Shown here: positions 1 through 8,002 of the stretch, in pieces | Layout of the letters: every line of letters starts with the position of its first letter | How positions within the stretch are numbered: position 1 is the first letter of the stretch | From: a virus | Taxonomy: Duplodnaviria; Caudoviricetes | IMG/VR virus record: IMGVR_UViG_3300037114_000075 | Location: 1-60,933 of that record | DNA length: 60,933 nucleotides | Reading direction: 5' to 3' (one strand) | Translations under genes and position numbers: made by a program | The notes under the pieces: generated by a model | What the model was told of the DNA's origin: nothing | The model's database searches: none | Seen by the model: the letters and a program-made list of their open reading frames with translations, nothing else

Positions 1-113
1 AGGCTGCGGCCCGGCTGTTACACCGGGCCTAGAGTCAGAGGGTTGGTTGGTCGTAAATACCCTTTCTCGGTCACGTGGCATCACCTCACTTTCTTTCTCC
101 GCGACGGCGAACG
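1..113. repeat. Terminal direct repeat, copy 1 (probably assembly circularisation overlap)
   Basis: Identical to 60821-60933. Confidence 0.97.
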
Positions 114-210
114 CGGCTTCGAGAGCAGCGTCGATAAATTCGTCTTCGCCTACGTGCATCGGCAGCGCATGTGCTGCTTGGTATGCAGCGGTACGAACGG
201 CATCCGTCAC
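1..210 (-). CDS. 5' part of a 271-aa hypothetical protein spanning the circular junction (continues at 60820->60215)
   Basis: GTG at 210-208 overlaps the upstream TGA; MTDAVRTAAY...EKESEVMPRDRE is in frame with ORF 60215..60904. Confidence 0.75.
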   Translation of the reverse strand, partial: MTDAVRTAAYQAAHALPMHVGEDEFIDAALEAAFAVAEKESEVMPRDRERVFTTNQPSDSRPGVTAGPQP

Positions 211-536
211 TCGCATGGCGTCGCCTCCTCTTTCGGCAGAAGCGATTCGAGGAATTCACGCTCGGCACGGGCAGCAAGCTTGAATGCCGTGAAAGTGTCA
301 AAGAAGAACGCCTCTTGGACTTCTCTGTATGGCGTCCCGCTGCAATAAATTCTGCCCGTGGAAGTCATGACTGGACATCCTCGGCAGGTTCGCTTCTTAT
401 TGCTCCCGTCAAAGAAGAGTTGGCAGAGAGGACAGCTAGATGAGCCGAAATCGACTTCCATCAAGCGCTCGGCGTTCTCATTCTCCCGCCAATGCTCGAT
501 GCTCGCCTTAAGCGCTTCCAATGTGCGCGCGTCCAT
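207..536 (-). CDS. Hypothetical Cys-rich protein (CPLC..CRGCP..C)
   Basis: ATG at 536 overlaps the upstream stop; tightly packed operon. Confidence 0.75.
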   Translation of the reverse strand: MDARTLEALKASIEHWRENENAERLMEVDFGSSSCPLCQLFFDGSNKKRTCRGCPVMTSTGRIYCSGTPYREVQEAFFFDTFTAFKLAARAEREFLESLLPKEEATPCE

Positions 537-868
537 TATGCGATCTCCCGCAATTGCGCATCGAACCGGCGCCGCCATCTGCCGAGCAAAATGCAAGCCT
601 TCGCATTGAGCGCCGGGATGAAACCGCTCCAGCCGAAATGCCGGCGCGGGTTCTTGCGCTCGCGTTCGAGCAGATGCTCGCCGACAGCGATCAGCTTCGT
701 CGGGGATGCGATGGCGAGTCCCGGATAAAGAACTTCAAGCGATGATGGCCGGGCACGATAGCGGCGCGCCCGGTCCTTGAGCATGTGCAAGGCGCTTCGC
801 GCGGCTTGAGCGTCGAGAGCGTCGATCGCCAGTTGCGTCGGGTCGGATTGCTGGAGAGCGGCCGTCAT
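536..868 (-). CDS. Hypothetical protein
   Basis: ORF coupled by start/stop overlaps on both sides. Confidence 0.7.
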   Translation of the reverse strand: MTAALQQSDPTQLAIDALDAQAARSALHMLKDRARRYRARPSSLEVLYPGLAIASPTKLIAVGEHLLERERKNPRRHFGWSGFIPALNAKACILLGRWRRRFDAQLREIA

Positions 869-1071
869 GATTGCCCCCCCCCGAGAGCTTTGGTGACGCC
901 GACGACATCTGCCGTCTCGTCAGGAATTTCCCACTGGCCGATGGTGTCGGCGGTTTGCCAGAGATCCAACGCGATCAGCTTAGCGTCGGATTCATCATTC
1001 GCCACGACTCTGAGTTCATAATTTGTTGTACGTGCGATCTGCACAACAAACGTCGCCTTCGCTTCGGTCAT
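865..1071 (-). CDS. Hypothetical protein (MTEAKATFVV...)
   Basis: Internal ATG of ORF 865..1203 lies just after the upstream stop. Confidence 0.65.
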   Translation of the reverse strand: MTEAKATFVVQIARTTNYELRVVANDESDAKLIALDLWQTADTIGQWEIPDETADVVGVTKALGGGQS

Positions 1072-1075
1072 CGGC

Positions 1076-1282
1076 TCACCATCCCATATCTTCGTCGAGA
1101 CGCCTGTGGGCATCGTCGCGTTCCTCGCGCACAAGATCGCGGAGAACTTGATCGCACTCCGGGGCGCCGCACGTATCGCGGCGGTCGTAATCTCGACCCA
1201 CAAAGAGACCGAGTTCCGTCCCGCAATTGAAGCAATGGCGCATTCGGAGCGTCGCCTTCGCTTCGGATTGAGGGGCGGTCAT
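1076..1282 (-). CDS. Small zinc-finger protein
   Basis: CFNC...CGAPEC; ATGA overlap. Confidence 0.7.
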   Translation of the reverse strand: MTAPQSEAKATLRMRHCFNCGTELGLFVGRDYDRRDTCGAPECDQVLRDLVREERDDAHRRLDEDMGW

Positions 1283-1527
1283 GGCGCAATCTTTCCACGC
1301 AAGAAATCGAAGGCGAGCTTTTTAATGCGTTCAAGACCGCTCATTTTCCATTTGGAAATGATCGCTTGGTTGATCTTCGGCCAATCAGGCTTATCGGCGC
1401 GTTGCGCTTGCGATTTTATCGCCATGGCATAGGTGAGCGCGATCTGCCGTTGCGTGAAACCGGCTGCGATCTCATCGCAGATAGTGTCGGTGCAACAGGC
1501 TAGGTTGACGCGGAATTTGTCACTCAC
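1279..1527 (-). CDS. Hypothetical protein
   Basis: GGAGG RBS, GTGA overlap. Confidence 0.7.
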   Translation of the reverse strand: MSDKFRVNLACCTDTICDEIAAGFTQRQIALTYAMAIKSQAQRADKPDWPKINQAIISKWKMSGLERIKKLAFDFLRGKIAP

Positions 1528-1904
1528 AACCGAGCCCTCCGCTTTCGCGCCTTGGGGCGCACGGCGGCGATCGTCTTATCGATGAGGGCGAGGACTTCAG
1601 CTTTGGTCCTCTCGGAGCAATCGTTCCAGATGTTAAGCGTTGCGCAAGGCCCGATCTCCGCTTCGATAAGGCGAATGAGGCGCCAGGCGCCGCCCACTCG
1701 CCAACATGCCCCGCTAGGACAGAACCGCACTGCCCGCTTATCTTGAGGCGGGACTGGCACACCACGGGCGTTTCGTGCAAAAGTTCCCCGCGTCCACCCC
1801 CCGGCGATGAGCTTCCTGACTTTGCGCAGCCCAACAATCGCATCTGCGACTCGCAAGATCCGGTTGACGCGCATTTTGGGGGAGGAGGTCATGGCGAAAT
1901 CCAC
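1524..1904 (-). CDS. DUF6197-like phage protein
   Basis: GWTRG..FCPSGA..WND..RTKAEVL pattern. Confidence 0.6.
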   Translation of the reverse strand: MDFAMTSSPKMRVNRILRVADAIVGLRKVRKLIAGGWTRGTFARNARGVPVPPQDKRAVRFCPSGACWRVGGAWRLIRLIEAEIGPCATLNIWNDCSERTKAEVLALIDKTIAAVRPKARKRRARL

Positions 1905-2134
1905 TAGAGAGTGCGAAGAAGATCCTGTTGTTTCGTGGTCGGCTCGCCGACCTCGGCTATGACATGTGCAACACGCCGATAAATTTTGACCTCGTTGCCC
2001 GGCGAAAGAACGGCGAGTGCGGCCGCCCGTTTTTCTGCTTCCTTGAACGTTGGGAATGATTCTTGTTCATCAGCATTTTCGCCGCCTAGCGAAATGTAGC
2101 CTTCGATATCAACCACTATGAAGATCTCATCCAT
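1904..2134 (-). CDS. Hypothetical protein (MDEIFIVVDIEG)
   Basis: Internal ATG with RBS. Confidence 0.65.
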   Translation of the reverse strand: MDEIFIVVDIEGYISLGGENADEQESFPTFKEAEKRAAALAVLSPGNEVKIYRRVAHVIAEVGEPTTKQQDLLRTL

Positions 2135-2138
2135 CGCT

Positions 2139-2564
2139 TCACTCCGACCTCCGAAACTCATCCCGCGCCTCGGCTGCGCCCAAAGCATCTAGGATCATTT
2201 GAAAATAGGACGCGTCCTCGAGCCAACCATCGCGGTCCGCGCCAGCTCTTGCTGCCGCAATGCAATTATCGCGGCGCTCTTTCACCCAATCGATCAGTGG
2301 GAGCGGGAATTTCGATTTCATCTTCGAAGAATAATAGACGCCGATGATATTGTGCTGACAGAACTCGGCAAATACTTCGTCGCCACGCCATACGCGGACA
2401 TAAGGAACATATGACATCGCCCCGCTCTTGATCGCTGCTTCAATCCGGGTAACGCCGCCGACTCCGACCGTATATTGCTCGCCAGAGCAGGCCGTGTGAG
2501 TGATGGTGATGCTATCGATCTCCTGCTGAATCGGGTGTTCCCGCATCACGTTTTTGTCCATCAC
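2139..2564 (-). CDS. Hypothetical protein
   Basis: ORF with GGAGG RBS; flanked by 20-bp repeats. Confidence 0.7.
   Translation of the reverse strand: MMDKNVMREHPIQQEIDSITITHTACSGEQYTVGVGGVTRIEAAIKSGAMSYVPYVRVWRGDEVFAEFCQHNIIGVYYSSKMKSKFPLPLIDWVKERRDNCIAAARAGADRDGWLEDASYFQMILDALGAAEARDEFRRSE
2148..2167. repeat. 20-bp direct repeat, copy 1 (CCTCCGAAACTCATCCCGCG)
   Basis: Identical to 2570-2589. Confidence 0.9.
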
Positions 2565-3208
2565 CCGTTCCTCCGAAACTCATCCCGCGGCGGACTATAA
2601 CAAGCGACGGCATTCTCGTAGCGAGGTGAGCTTTCTGTCGTGAAGCGCGCGTCCATCTCGCGAAGCACGTAAACATCTTCGCGGAGTTCGGCGGCGAGCC
2701 GAAGCAGCTCGTCAGCGTCAAGGGTAAGATCAAGATCGCCGAACCAAATCTTGCCTTTGCTTTTCAGGCAGACATTCGCATTGAAGACGCAAACATGGCC
2801 ATCAGGACAACGTTTCTTGCCCGAGATCATGCGTCCTGGACTGGAAAAATCGAGCACCTGTTTTGATAGCACCCTCCGATAGCGCTGCTCGCGCGGGCTC
2901 AAGTTCTGATCTTCGTAAAGCTCCTCGGCGGCTCGCCGCAGCGCTGGCGCCAGGCCATCGTTGATTTGGTCGATGATCAGCCCGTTGTCGTAATCGCCTG
3001 ACACATCCGCTTCCGACGCGATCGTGGCGAACAGGTTGTCGAAGGCCGGCGCGATCTGGCTTGTCGCCTCGCCGAGCGCTTTGATGGCTTCCGGCTCGCG
3101 CTGGATATAGAGGCCGGTCATGCCAGCAACCGGCGAGTCAGCGAGTGCTTTGATCGAGTCGATTGCAGCCGCGCATGCGGATTGAAGGGGGGTGCGGGCG
3201 GCGGTCAT
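2561..3208 (-). CDS. Hypothetical protein, two-part composition
   Basis: AGGA RBS, ATGA overlap. Confidence 0.75.
   Translation of the reverse strand: MTAARTPLQSACAAAIDSIKALADSPVAGMTGLYIQREPEAIKALGEATSQIAPAFDNLFATIASEADVSGDYDNGLIIDQINDGLAPALRRAAEELYEDQNLSPREQRYRRVLSKQVLDFSSPGRMISGKKRCPDGHVCVFNANVCLKSKGKIWFGDLDLTLDADELLRLAAELREDVYVLREMDARFTTESSPRYENAVACYSPPRDEFRRNG
2570..2589. repeat. 20-bp direct repeat, copy 2
   Basis: Identical to 2148-2167. Confidence 0.9.
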
Positions 3209-3312
3209 GACGCTTCCTTGATTGAAAGCGCCTCATCCAGAGCGTCGAGAGATATTTGCCAATTGGCGGCGTAGGCGTCGGCGGCGAAGGCAATGCGGGA
3301 GGTGGTGGTCAT
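3205..3312 (-). CDS. 35-aa hypothetical peptide (MTTTSRIAFAADAY...)
   Basis: Fills the gap exactly, with ATGA overlaps at both ends; below the ORF-track cutoff. Confidence 0.55.
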   Translation of the reverse strand: MTTTSRIAFAADAYAANWQISLDALDEALSIKEAS

Positions 3313-3572
3313 TGGGAGATCTTGGCTTTGCGTGAGATCCACGCCATGTCTTCCAACTCATCTTCATGATGACCGTCCGACAAAAGCGCCTGCCTCACGA
3401 GGCTCGTTGCGAACGCGACGGCTTCTTTGACACTGACGGGAGCAGATGTTCGGACCCCTCTGGATTTTGAATAGACGTGAGCCATCAGAAATTGCTCGCC
3501 GGGCTTGTCAGCGTTTTCGCAACGCTCGATGGCCATGTAACCGTTTTTGAAATCAAGCTTTGCAGCCGCCAT
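3309..3572 (-). CDS. Hypothetical protein
   Basis: GGGAGAGAGAAG RBS before ATG. Confidence 0.7.
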   Translation of the reverse strand: MAAAKLDFKNGYMAIERCENADKPGEQFLMAHVYSKSRGVRTSAPVSVKEAVAFATSLVRQALLSDGHHEDELEDMAWISRKAKISQ

Positions 3573-3628
3573 CTTCTCTCTCCCAGCGCCAGAGCGCCTA
3601 AATCCCCATGATCGTCAGGGCCGCTATT

Positions 3629-3704
3629 TGGTGCCGGGGGCCAGATTCGAACTGGCGACCTCTTGGTTATGAGCCAAGCGAGCTGACCGCTGCTCCACCC
3701 CGGT
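3629..3704 (-). tRNA. tRNA-Met(CAT), initiator-like, CCA encoded
   Basis: Cloverleaf: ACCGGGG/CCCCGGC acceptor, GAGC/GCUC D arm, CUUGG-CUCAUAA-CCAAG anticodon arm, GCCAG-UUCGAAU-CUGGC T arm, ACCA end. Confidence 0.95.
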
Positions 3705-3750
3705 TAACTGTCCCTTGGTTAGCCGGCGCGGAAACGCCGGCCGGCAAAGG

Positions 3751-4032
3751 TCAGGCGAGCGCCCCTTCAATTTCTTCGGCGATCTGCGAATGCACGGCGA
3801 CTTCGCCTTGGAGGAAATAGTCGTATCCGGCTCCGTTCTTGTACGTCTCGACGAGCAAGAGGCGCGCGCGATTGCCGCGCTGGAGAAGGTAGCAAGAGAT
3901 CCACGCGACCCGTGTGTCCTTTGGCCCAGGATGCTCCCACATCAGCCGCGCAGTGACGTGCTGGCGTTCACGGAGAAGATCCACTAGAACCTCGCTCGGA
4001 ACTGTCTTCTCCCTATTCGGATGATTGACCAT
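3751..4032 (-). CDS. Hypothetical protein (MVNHPNR...)
   Basis: GGAGAGAGAAA RBS. Confidence 0.75.
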   Translation of the reverse strand: MVNHPNREKTVPSEVLVDLLRERQHVTARLMWEHPGPKDTRVAWISCYLLQRGNRARLLLVETYKNGAGYDYFLQGEVAVHSQIAEEIEGALA

Positions 4033-4083
4033 TTTCTCTCTCCGCCCCTGCTCGGCGAGGCGCCCGGCGCCGAGGCGCGATTG

Positions 4084-4269
4084 TCAGTGATCTTCGAGAT
4101 AGTCACAGCGCTTGTCGTAGTCGCCCTCGATGTCAGCGGCGAACGCTTCGGCAAGAGCGTGCGTTGATGCACGTTCGACCCATTGCCAAGAAGTGCTTTC
4201 GCTATATCGAGCATAGATCGAGTATCCGCTTCCGTCCGGTTCAATCTTTACGAATTGATAGTCGGCCAT
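4084..4269 (-). CDS. Hypothetical protein (MADYQFVKIE...)
   Basis: GGAG RBS; internal ATG of ORF 4084..4578. Confidence 0.65.
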   Translation of the reverse strand: MADYQFVKIEPDGSGYSIYARYSESTSWQWVERASTHALAEAFAADIEGDYDKRCDYLEDH

Positions 4270-4271
4270 TT

Positions 4272-4637
4272 TTAACTCCGAACTTCGTTCAACCGCTGGC
4301 GCGCCGCCGCGATCTTCGGCTGCGCCACGCGGAAATTCTCGATCGCTTCGGCACAGGCCAATTCGATCACAGCGTTCTGAATTGCGGTCTGACGATTGGT
4401 CGGGAGCCGGGCAAAGGCCGCTTTGCGCTTGGCCTGTTCCCAAGCCGCACGAAGCCCATGGGCGAAGAATTCGCTGATCTTGCGGGTGAATGGCGCTTCG
4501 GGCTCGAGACCGAGCCTGATACGGGGGCTGCGGGCCTGTTCGGTGTAGTGATGGCTGGTAGAGGCTTGCCGATGACAAGCGCGGGCCTGGTTCCAGGCCG
4601 CTCGCATTATCTCTGCCCGATTGAAGCCGGTATTCAT
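4272..4637 (-). CDS. Hypothetical early protein, first gene of the leftward operon
   Basis: AAGGA RBS; FNRAEIMRAAW...LRAAWEQAK motif common in phage early proteins. Confidence 0.7.
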   Translation of the reverse strand: MNTGFNRAEIMRAAWNQARACHRQASTSHHYTEQARSPRIRLGLEPEAPFTRKISEFFAHGLRAAWEQAKRKAAFARLPTNRQTAIQNAVIELACAEAIENFRVAQPKIAAARQRLNEVRS

Positions 4638-4677
4638 TTTCGCAACGTCCTTAATCAAGGAATCGATCACAATTCGG

Positions 4678-4706
4678 ACATTAGGGAAAATTATCCCCAG
4701 CGTCAA
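4678..4706 (-). promoter_or_regulatory. Leftward sigma70-type promoter with an operator-like palindrome in its spacer
   Basis: TTGACG-17-TAATGT; GGGAAAATTATCCC at 4684-4697. Confidence 0.7.
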
Positions 4707-4734
4707 GTCCCAAACCGCACTGAGTCGAAAAATA

Positions 4735-4763
4735 TTGCGGAGATGATCATCCCCTGCTAAAAC
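4735..4763 (+). promoter_or_regulatory. Rightward promoter candidate with operator variant
   Basis: TTGCGG-17-TAAAAC; GAGATGATCATCCC at 4740-4753. Confidence 0.5.
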
Positions 4764-4772
4764 GCCGGGGCC

Positions 4773-5027
4773 ATGTCGATTGTTGCGACCGTCCGAGACA
4801 ATCTTCTAGCTCTTGCCGAAACCTATGCAAAGGGGACCGGAAAGAGTCTCAGCCACGTTTCCAAGGAATTCTACGGGAACAGCGGCTTTTTCGAAGATCT
4901 CCGGGCTGGAACGCGGTCGCTGTCGATCGACAAGTTGCAGGAGATCGTCGAGCATTTCCAGGAGGAATGGCCGGCCGATCTCAAGATCCCGGCACTCCGT
5001 GCCGTTTTCATGACGATCAAGCGCTGA
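4773..5027 (+). CDS. Small HTH transcriptional regulator (Cro-like)
   Basis: SLSHVSKEFYGNSGFFEDLRAG HTH-like; first gene at the divergence point. Confidence 0.7.
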   Translation: MSIVATVRDNLLALAETYAKGTGKSLSHVSKEFYGNSGFFEDLRAGTRSLSIDKLQEIVEHFQEEWPADLKIPALRAVFMTIKR

Positions 5028-5034
5028 GATTTCC

Positions 5035-5063
5035 TTGGGGAAAATCGTCCCGCCCTCTATCAT
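5035..5063 (+). promoter_or_regulatory. Promoter candidate overlapped by operator GGGAAAATCGTCCC (5038-5051)
   Basis: TTGGGG-17-TATCAT. Confidence 0.5.
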
Positions 5064-5092
5064 TCGAATCTCTCCTTGAGTAGATTCGGCCG

Positions 5093-5284
5093 ATGGAAGA
5101 AGAGCCCGCGCCCCGCGAGTCCGAGATCGTCATTCCGATCAAAATGGATTCGCACACCTATATGCGGTTTTCCGCCTTCTGCCGGCAAGTAGGGGCGGAG
5201 CCGGCGGAGTGCGCCTCGAAGCTTTTCCGCGATCTGATCTCGGATGACGAATTCGAGACGGCGCCCAGCCAAGCCTTTCACTAA
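5093..5284 (+). CDS. Small putative ribbon-helix-helix protein
   Basis: Beta strand (IVIPIKM) followed by two helices. Confidence 0.5.
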   Translation: MEEEPAPRESEIVIPIKMDSHTYMRFSAFCRQVGAEPAECASKLFRDLISDDEFETAPSQAFH

Positions 5285-5297
5285 CGGAGAACGATTC

Positions 5298-5720
5298 ATG
5301 TCGAGAAAACAGGAAGCTACGTCAATCGGCCCGAAGAAGCTCAAAGACCTCCTCGCGGCCGTCCGCGGCCATCAGGCGGACATGGATTCGGTCCGCGGCG
5401 AGATGGGGCAATTGATCGGAGATGCCGTCGAGAAAAACGGGCTGGACAAGAAAGTCTTCTCGTGGATCCGCAAGCTCGACAAAATGGAGCCTGCAAGGCT
5501 CCACGATTTCATGGAGACATTCGACGATTATTTCGTCAAATCCGGCCTGAAAACCCGCGCCGATTCGGCCCCGAGCTTCCAGATGGACAAGCCTGAGGGC
5601 GAAGCCGACGAGGAAGAGCAGGAAGCCGTCGCCGAAGGGGAGAAGCCCAAGCGCCGCTCCCGCAAGGCCGAGAACGAATCGGATGGCAATGTGACGCGGA
5701 TGCGCCCGGCCGCGGAATGA
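5298..5720 (+). CDS. GapR/DUF2312-like DNA-binding protein with acidic tail
   Basis: KLKDLL..helix..AVEKNGLDKKVFSWIRKL resembles the GapR GFD.K.LR segment; GGAG RBS. Confidence 0.5.
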   Translation: MSRKQEATSIGPKKLKDLLAAVRGHQADMDSVRGEMGQLIGDAVEKNGLDKKVFSWIRKLDKMEPARLHDFMETFDDYFVKSGLKTRADSAPSFQMDKPEGEADEEEQEAVAEGEKPKRRSRKAENESDGNVTRMRPAAE

Positions 5721-6229
5721 TCATCGCTGGGATAGACTGCGGCCTCAACGGCGGCATCGCGCTCGTCCAGAACGGGCGCGTTCTCATCGATGCCATCGAT
5801 GTCCCGACGACGGGGGAGAAGGCCAAGCGGCGGGTCGATGTCGGCTATCTCGCCCGCTATCTCCGGGCCAACGCGCCGGATCACGCCTTCATCGAGAGAA
5901 GCCAAGCCATGCCGGAACAAGGGGCCTCGTCGGGCTTCCATTACGGCAGGGCTGTGGGAGCCTTAGAGGCGGTCGTGGAGGCCCTTGGCATCCCGAGCAC
6001 CATCATTGAGCCGACGGCCTGGAAGAAGGCCCACGGGCTGATTCGGGCCTCCAAAGAGGATGATCGCCAGCGGGCGATCAAGCTTTTCCCCGGCACGGCC
6101 TTCTTCGACCGCAAGAAGGACCACAACAAGGCAGACGCGGCCTTGATTGCCCGGTATGGGGCCATGCTTCTCGGCGAAGAGCGCGGGCATCTGAAACTGC
6201 CGCAAGAAAATATTCTTGCTGCGGGATAA
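5717..6229 (+). CDS. RuvC-like Holliday junction resolvase
   Basis: GIDCGLNGG, AFIE, WKK, ADAALIA motifs. Confidence 0.85.
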   Translation: MIIAGIDCGLNGGIALVQNGRVLIDAIDVPTTGEKAKRRVDVGYLARYLRANAPDHAFIERSQAMPEQGASSGFHYGRAVGALEAVVEALGIPSTIIEPTAWKKAHGLIRASKEDDRQRAIKLFPGTAFFDRKKDHNKADAALIARYGAMLLGEERGHLKLPQENILAAG

Positions 6230-6905
6230 GGCGAATAGGATCATGGACGCTCGGGTTTCTGGCGCGGCCTTCGCGCGCGACGCCAGGAACAGGGGTGACG
6301 GCCTCAAGCTCCTTCGGTCGATCCACGCTGCCGAGGCCGCGCTTGTGATCTTAGACCCGCAATATCGGTCGGTCCTGGACGCCTTGGCCTTCGGCAACGA
6401 AGGCGCGCGGCAGAAAGAGCGGGCAAAGCTGCCGCCGATGTCAGAGCATCTGATCGCCATCTTCGTCGAGCAGGCCGAGCGCATCTTGCGCCCAAGCGGC
6501 CATCTTTTCCTCTGGGCCGACAAGTTCATGATCGGGGAAGGCCGGCATTTGGCCTATCTTCGCTATACCCGATTGCAGATCGTCGACCTTCTCTGCTGGG
6601 ACAAAGGTCGAATCGGCATGGGGCGCCGCTCGCGTTGCCGCGCCGAATTCCTTGTCGTCGCGCAGAAGGCCCCGATCAAGGCCGCTGGCTGCTGGCGGGA
6701 CCACAGCATCGAGGATGTCTGGCTCGAACTCCAGGAACGCCGCCGGCACGCGCATGCAAAGCCTGTCCGGCTATTGGAGCGTCTGATCTGCGCCGTCACG
6801 AAGCCAGGCGAGCTGGTTGTCGATCCCTGTGCTGGCGGCTGGGGCGTGCTCGAGATCTGCCGCGCGGCTGGGCGCCGGTTCCTCGGCGCTGATCTTTTGG
6901 GCTAA
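6216..6905 (+). CDS. DNA amino-methyltransferase (N6A/N4C, beta order)
   Basis: LDPQY (DPPY-like), H..AKP, VVDPCAGGWG. Confidence 0.8.
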   Translation: MLRDKANRIMDARVSGAAFARDARNRGDGLKLLRSIHAAEAALVILDPQYRSVLDALAFGNEGARQKERAKLPPMSEHLIAIFVEQAERILRPSGHLFLWADKFMIGEGRHLAYLRYTRLQIVDLLCWDKGRIGMGRRSRCRAEFLVVAQKAPIKAAGCWRDHSIEDVWLELQERRRHAHAKPVRLLERLICAVTKPGELVVDPCAGGWGVLEICRAAGRRFLGADLLG

Positions 6906-6997
6906 GCCGGGAGGCTGAATTCGACCTTTTGCCCGCTATTCCCACAGGCGCCGACAAAAGATTCGAAATGCCCCGCGAATCGTCCTAGCTTCGCGTC

Positions 6998-7140
6998 CTT
7001 CGCCAAAAAGCGAAATGGCGCCGAGTCACAAGCTCAGGCGCCACCTCTTGACCCTCCCGACGGCACTCGGAAGAAATCCATGCCCTTCCTACCAATTCTA
7101 GAACGATTTTGCAATCCGCCTCTGATTGAGAGGCGTGGAT
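6998..7140 (+). promoter_or_regulatory. Structured leader upstream of the replication initiator
   Basis: Several stem-loops; the last (7114-7140) pairs the RBS and start codon. Confidence 0.45.
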
Positions 7141-8002
7141 GAGCCATCCGTGGATGCCCTTCTATGTCAAGGATTATCTCGGCGACACAGCGCACCTGAG
7201 CACCCTTGAGCACGGTGCCTATTTGCTTCTGATCATGCACTATTGGCAGCATTCTGGGCTGCCGGACGACGATCGGTCACTCGCTTTGATCGCCAAGCTT
7301 GGAATCCGACAATGGGCGTCGATCAGATCGAAGATCGCGCAGCTTTTCGGCCCCGGTTGGATCCACAAAAGGATCAAGGGCGAGCTGGAGAAGGCGAACA
7401 AAAAAAGCGATGCAAGGGTCTCCGCTGGATCGCTCGGTGGATTAGCTAAGGCTTTGAAAAATAGCAATCCAGATCTAGCAAAAGCTAGCGTTTTGCTAAA
7501 GCAAAATAAGGCGTTTGCTCTGGCATCTTCTACAGAACCAGACTCTATACCCTCTTCGCTTCGCTACGAGGGTAGGAACGGCGCTGACGCGCCTAGCCGA
7601 ACGACGAAGCCAAAAACTCGGATGAAGTCGATCGCGAAGGAACTGCCGGGCGACTGGCGGCCGAGCGACGACGATGTAGCTTACGGGACTTCCCGGTGCG
7701 GATTAAAGGCGCCCGCGATTGAAGCGTTCGCCGAGGACATGCGATTATGGGCAAAGGCGAAGGGCGCCAAAAAGATTGATTGGGGCGCGGCGTTCAAAGG
7801 CTGGATGCGGCGGGAGGCCCAGCTGGCGCGCCCGCTGAACTTCGGGCCGCGCCAGAACGGCGGCAACGGCCGGCCGCTGACGACCTCGGAAGTTTTCGGC
7901 GCCATCGCGGCGCGCGCAAGGGAGATGAAAAATGGGAAGCAAGGAGATTTCATCGAGGGTGAACTTGTCGGCGCAGGTGGCGTCGCCGGGGACGGACATT
8001 GA
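7139..8002 (+). CDS. Replication initiator, DUF1376/YdaU family
   Basis: WMPFYVKDYLGDTAHLSTLEHGAYLLLIMHYW; C-terminal DW.AAF..W. Confidence 0.85.
   Translation: MSHPWMPFYVKDYLGDTAHLSTLEHGAYLLLIMHYWQHSGLPDDDRSLALIAKLGIRQWASIRSKIAQLFGPGWIHKRIKGELEKANKKSDARVSAGSLGGLAKALKNSNPDLAKASVLLKQNKAFALASSTEPDSIPSSLRYEGRNGADAPSRTTKPKTRMKSIAKELPGDWRPSDDDVAYGTSRCGLKAPAIEAFAEDMRLWAKAKGAKKIDWGAAFKGWMRREAQLARPLNFGPRQNGGNGRPLTTSEVFGAIAARAREMKNGKQGDFIEGELVGAGGVAGDGH
7441..7527. repeat. Iteron-like TAGCAAAA/TTTTGCTA cluster, candidate origin inside the rep gene
   Basis: AT-rich patch with TAGCAAAAGCTAGCGTTTTGCTA and further (T/A)AGC(A/T)A copies. Confidence 0.55.

Noticed and set aside
1-113. 113-bp terminal repeat as a biological DTR or att site
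   Set aside because: It falls mid-gene and is a perfect overlap, as expected from assembler circularisation
3629-3704. tRNA as an attP remnant
   Set aside because: The gene is full length, there is no second partial copy and no integrase is recognisable
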